From a candidate division FCPU426 bacterium (GTDB taxonomy: Bacteria; Oederibacteriota; Muellerivitia; Muellerivitales; Muellerivitaceae): a DNA stretch of 18,235 nucleotides. Below, in pieces: positions 16,934-18,235 of this stretch. The notes under the pieces were generated by a model. That model was not told the DNA's origin. It did no database searches and saw nothing but the letters and a program-made list of their open reading frames with translations. The stretch spans positions 1 through 18,235 of the forward strand of contig CAWHOE010000003.1 of the NCBI GenBank assembly GCA_963830915.1, read 5' to 3'. The first letter of the stretch is position 1; each line of letters starts with the position of its first letter. A program made the position numbers and the translations under genes.

Positions 16934-17590
16934 TTAATTCACGTAGTTTTGGACATATTTGAAAATTTCGGAAGGTGTCCTCAAAACGATCCTTGCCCGG
17001 GCGTTTATAAGTTCTTTCTCGGAACCAAAACCCCAACCAGCGCCCACACCGGTGACCCGGTTCCGCTCAGCCCCGATCATATCGTGCTCACGGTCGCCTA
17101 TCATTAGGACGGTTTTGGGATCAATTCCTTCCTCGGCCAATAGGAAAGCGATCAATTGACCTTTATCGGTACGAGTCCCATCCAACTCGCTCCCATAAAT
17201 GGCCAGGAAGTATTTATCCAAAGAAAAATGTTTCAATATCTTTTCGGAAAAGAACTTTGGCTTGGAGGTGGCCACATAAAGATCCGCGATTTCCACCAAA
17301 TCGATCAAAGCATCCTCGATACCTTCATAAACCCTGTTCTCAAACATTCCCTTTTCCAGGTAGCGTTCACGATAGATTTCCAACGCCTCTTGGGTTTGGT
17401 GTTTTCTTTCCGGGCCGAGCAAACGCGCCAAGGACGCCTGTAAGGGAGGGCCGATCACCCATTCCAAATTGTCCGATCGATCCAAAGGAACTCCCAGTCG
17501 CTCCATGGCGAATTGAACGCAACGAATGATTCCTTCTTTGTTGTTGGTCAGGGTGCCGTCCAAATCGAACAATATACTCAAACGTTCCAT
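16934..17590 (-). CDS. HAD-family hydrolase (phosphoglycolate phosphatase / 5'-nucleotidase-like)
   Basis: Motif I FDLDGTL, IGPPL, motif II VATSK, motif III K, motif IV MIGDREHDMIGA, WGFGS. Confidence 0.92.
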   Translation of the reverse strand: MERLSILFDLDGTLTNNKEGIIRCVQFAMERLGVPLDRSDNLEWVIGPPLQASLARLLGPERKHQTQEALEIYRERYLEKGMFENRVYEGIEDALIDLVEIADLYVATSKPKFFSEKILKHFSLDKYFLAIYGSELDGTRTDKGQLIAFLLAEEGIDPKTVLMIGDREHDMIGAERNRVTGVGAGWGFGSEKELINARARIVLRTPSEIFKYVQNYVN

Positions 17591-17670
17591 AGATCTATTC
17601 CCTCAAATTGGGATCGGTTCAGAAATTATAAAATCAAAGAACTTGGATCAAACTATTTTTAAAAATAACT

Positions 17671-18235
17671 TCAGCCCTTCACCACCAAGACCGAATAAGC
17701 CACCAGGTCAGGCAGGACCACCGAAAGCTTCCCTTCCGAAAATCTGAATTTGAGGGACTGATCACCTGCTAGGTCGGGCGAGGCCACCGTGACACTCTTG
17801 GGGCTCCAATCCAACGGGATAGTCACGGTTACGTTATGCTGGGGTTTGAAGCCCTTGTCATACTCGTGGTTCACCAGATGGACCAAGACCCGCCCCCTCC
17901 CTTCCGTGACCGCCACCATGGCGCTGGGTAGCGAACAGGTCACAGCCCTGTCGGACGGTTCCACTTGGTGGTAAAGACTGGAGTGGTTCCGGTAAAAAGC
18001 CGTGTAGCTTTTGAAAAAGGGCATCATGCCCTGCTGGTCGGCGGTGGGCTCGCCCGTGGTGGTCTTCAGGTGGAAGGCGTAAAAAAGCCCGTTGGCGTAG
18101 GCCTCGGCCGCGTAGAGGCGCCAATAATCCTCCCTTTCGTTTTGAGGCAGACCCGTATAGCGGTTCAAGGTGGGCGTGGGCCAGTCGATGAACAGCACCA
18201 CCGGCGCGCCTGGCGCCAGGACCTTGGACTGGGCT
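17671..18235 (-). CDS. C-terminal part of a paralogue of the 14593..16788 putative glycoside hydrolase; 5' end outside the window
   Basis: Frame open to the edge (AQSKVLAPGAPVVLFIDW...). YWRLYAAEAYANGLFYAFHL and VLVHLVNHEY match FWRIYAAEAYAAGCYYAFHL and LVLHLINHRY. Confidence 0.85.
   Translation of the reverse strand, partial: AQSKVLAPGAPVVLFIDWPTPTLNRYTGLPQNEREDYWRLYAAEAYANGLFYAFHLKTTTGEPTADQQGMMPFFKSYTAFYRNHSSLYHQVEPSDRAVTCSLPSAMVAVTEGRGRVLVHLVNHEYDKGFKPQHNVTVTIPLDWSPKSVTVASPDLAGDQSLKFRFSEGKLSVVLPDLVAYSVLVVKG

Overview
GC-rich bacterial DNA, probably from a diderm (signal-peptide proteins ending in beta-barrel-like C-termini). It holds about 20 genes, nearly all on the minus strand. The left 7 kb is a signalling circuit. 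A membrane sensor kinase with four PAS domains, split by a 1-bp frameshift inside its H-box, is coupled to an NtrC-family sigma-54 activator. Next come two tandem 17-bp palindromes (likely enhancer) and a near-consensus sigma-54 promoter. This promoter heads an operon encoding a CheX-like phosphatase (also frameshifted), an orphan YfiR-family protein, a CheD homologue lacking its catalytic Cys/His, a CheY-like regulator and a tandem-receiver protein that runs off the left edge. The rest is accessory and envelope genes: a FUSC-like membrane protein, a TPR/beta-barrel protein, a stand-alone cNMP-binding protein, an ArsC/LMW-PTP homologue with two catalytic Cys replaced by Ser, a second beta-barrel protein, a tandem pair sharing an uncharacterised secreted domain (one copy fused to TraB/GumN), small membrane proteins, and two paralogous putative glycoside hydrolases flanking a HAD hydrolase. 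No rRNA, tRNA, CRISPR array or mobile element was recognised. All family calls come from reading motifs by eye, not from database searches.
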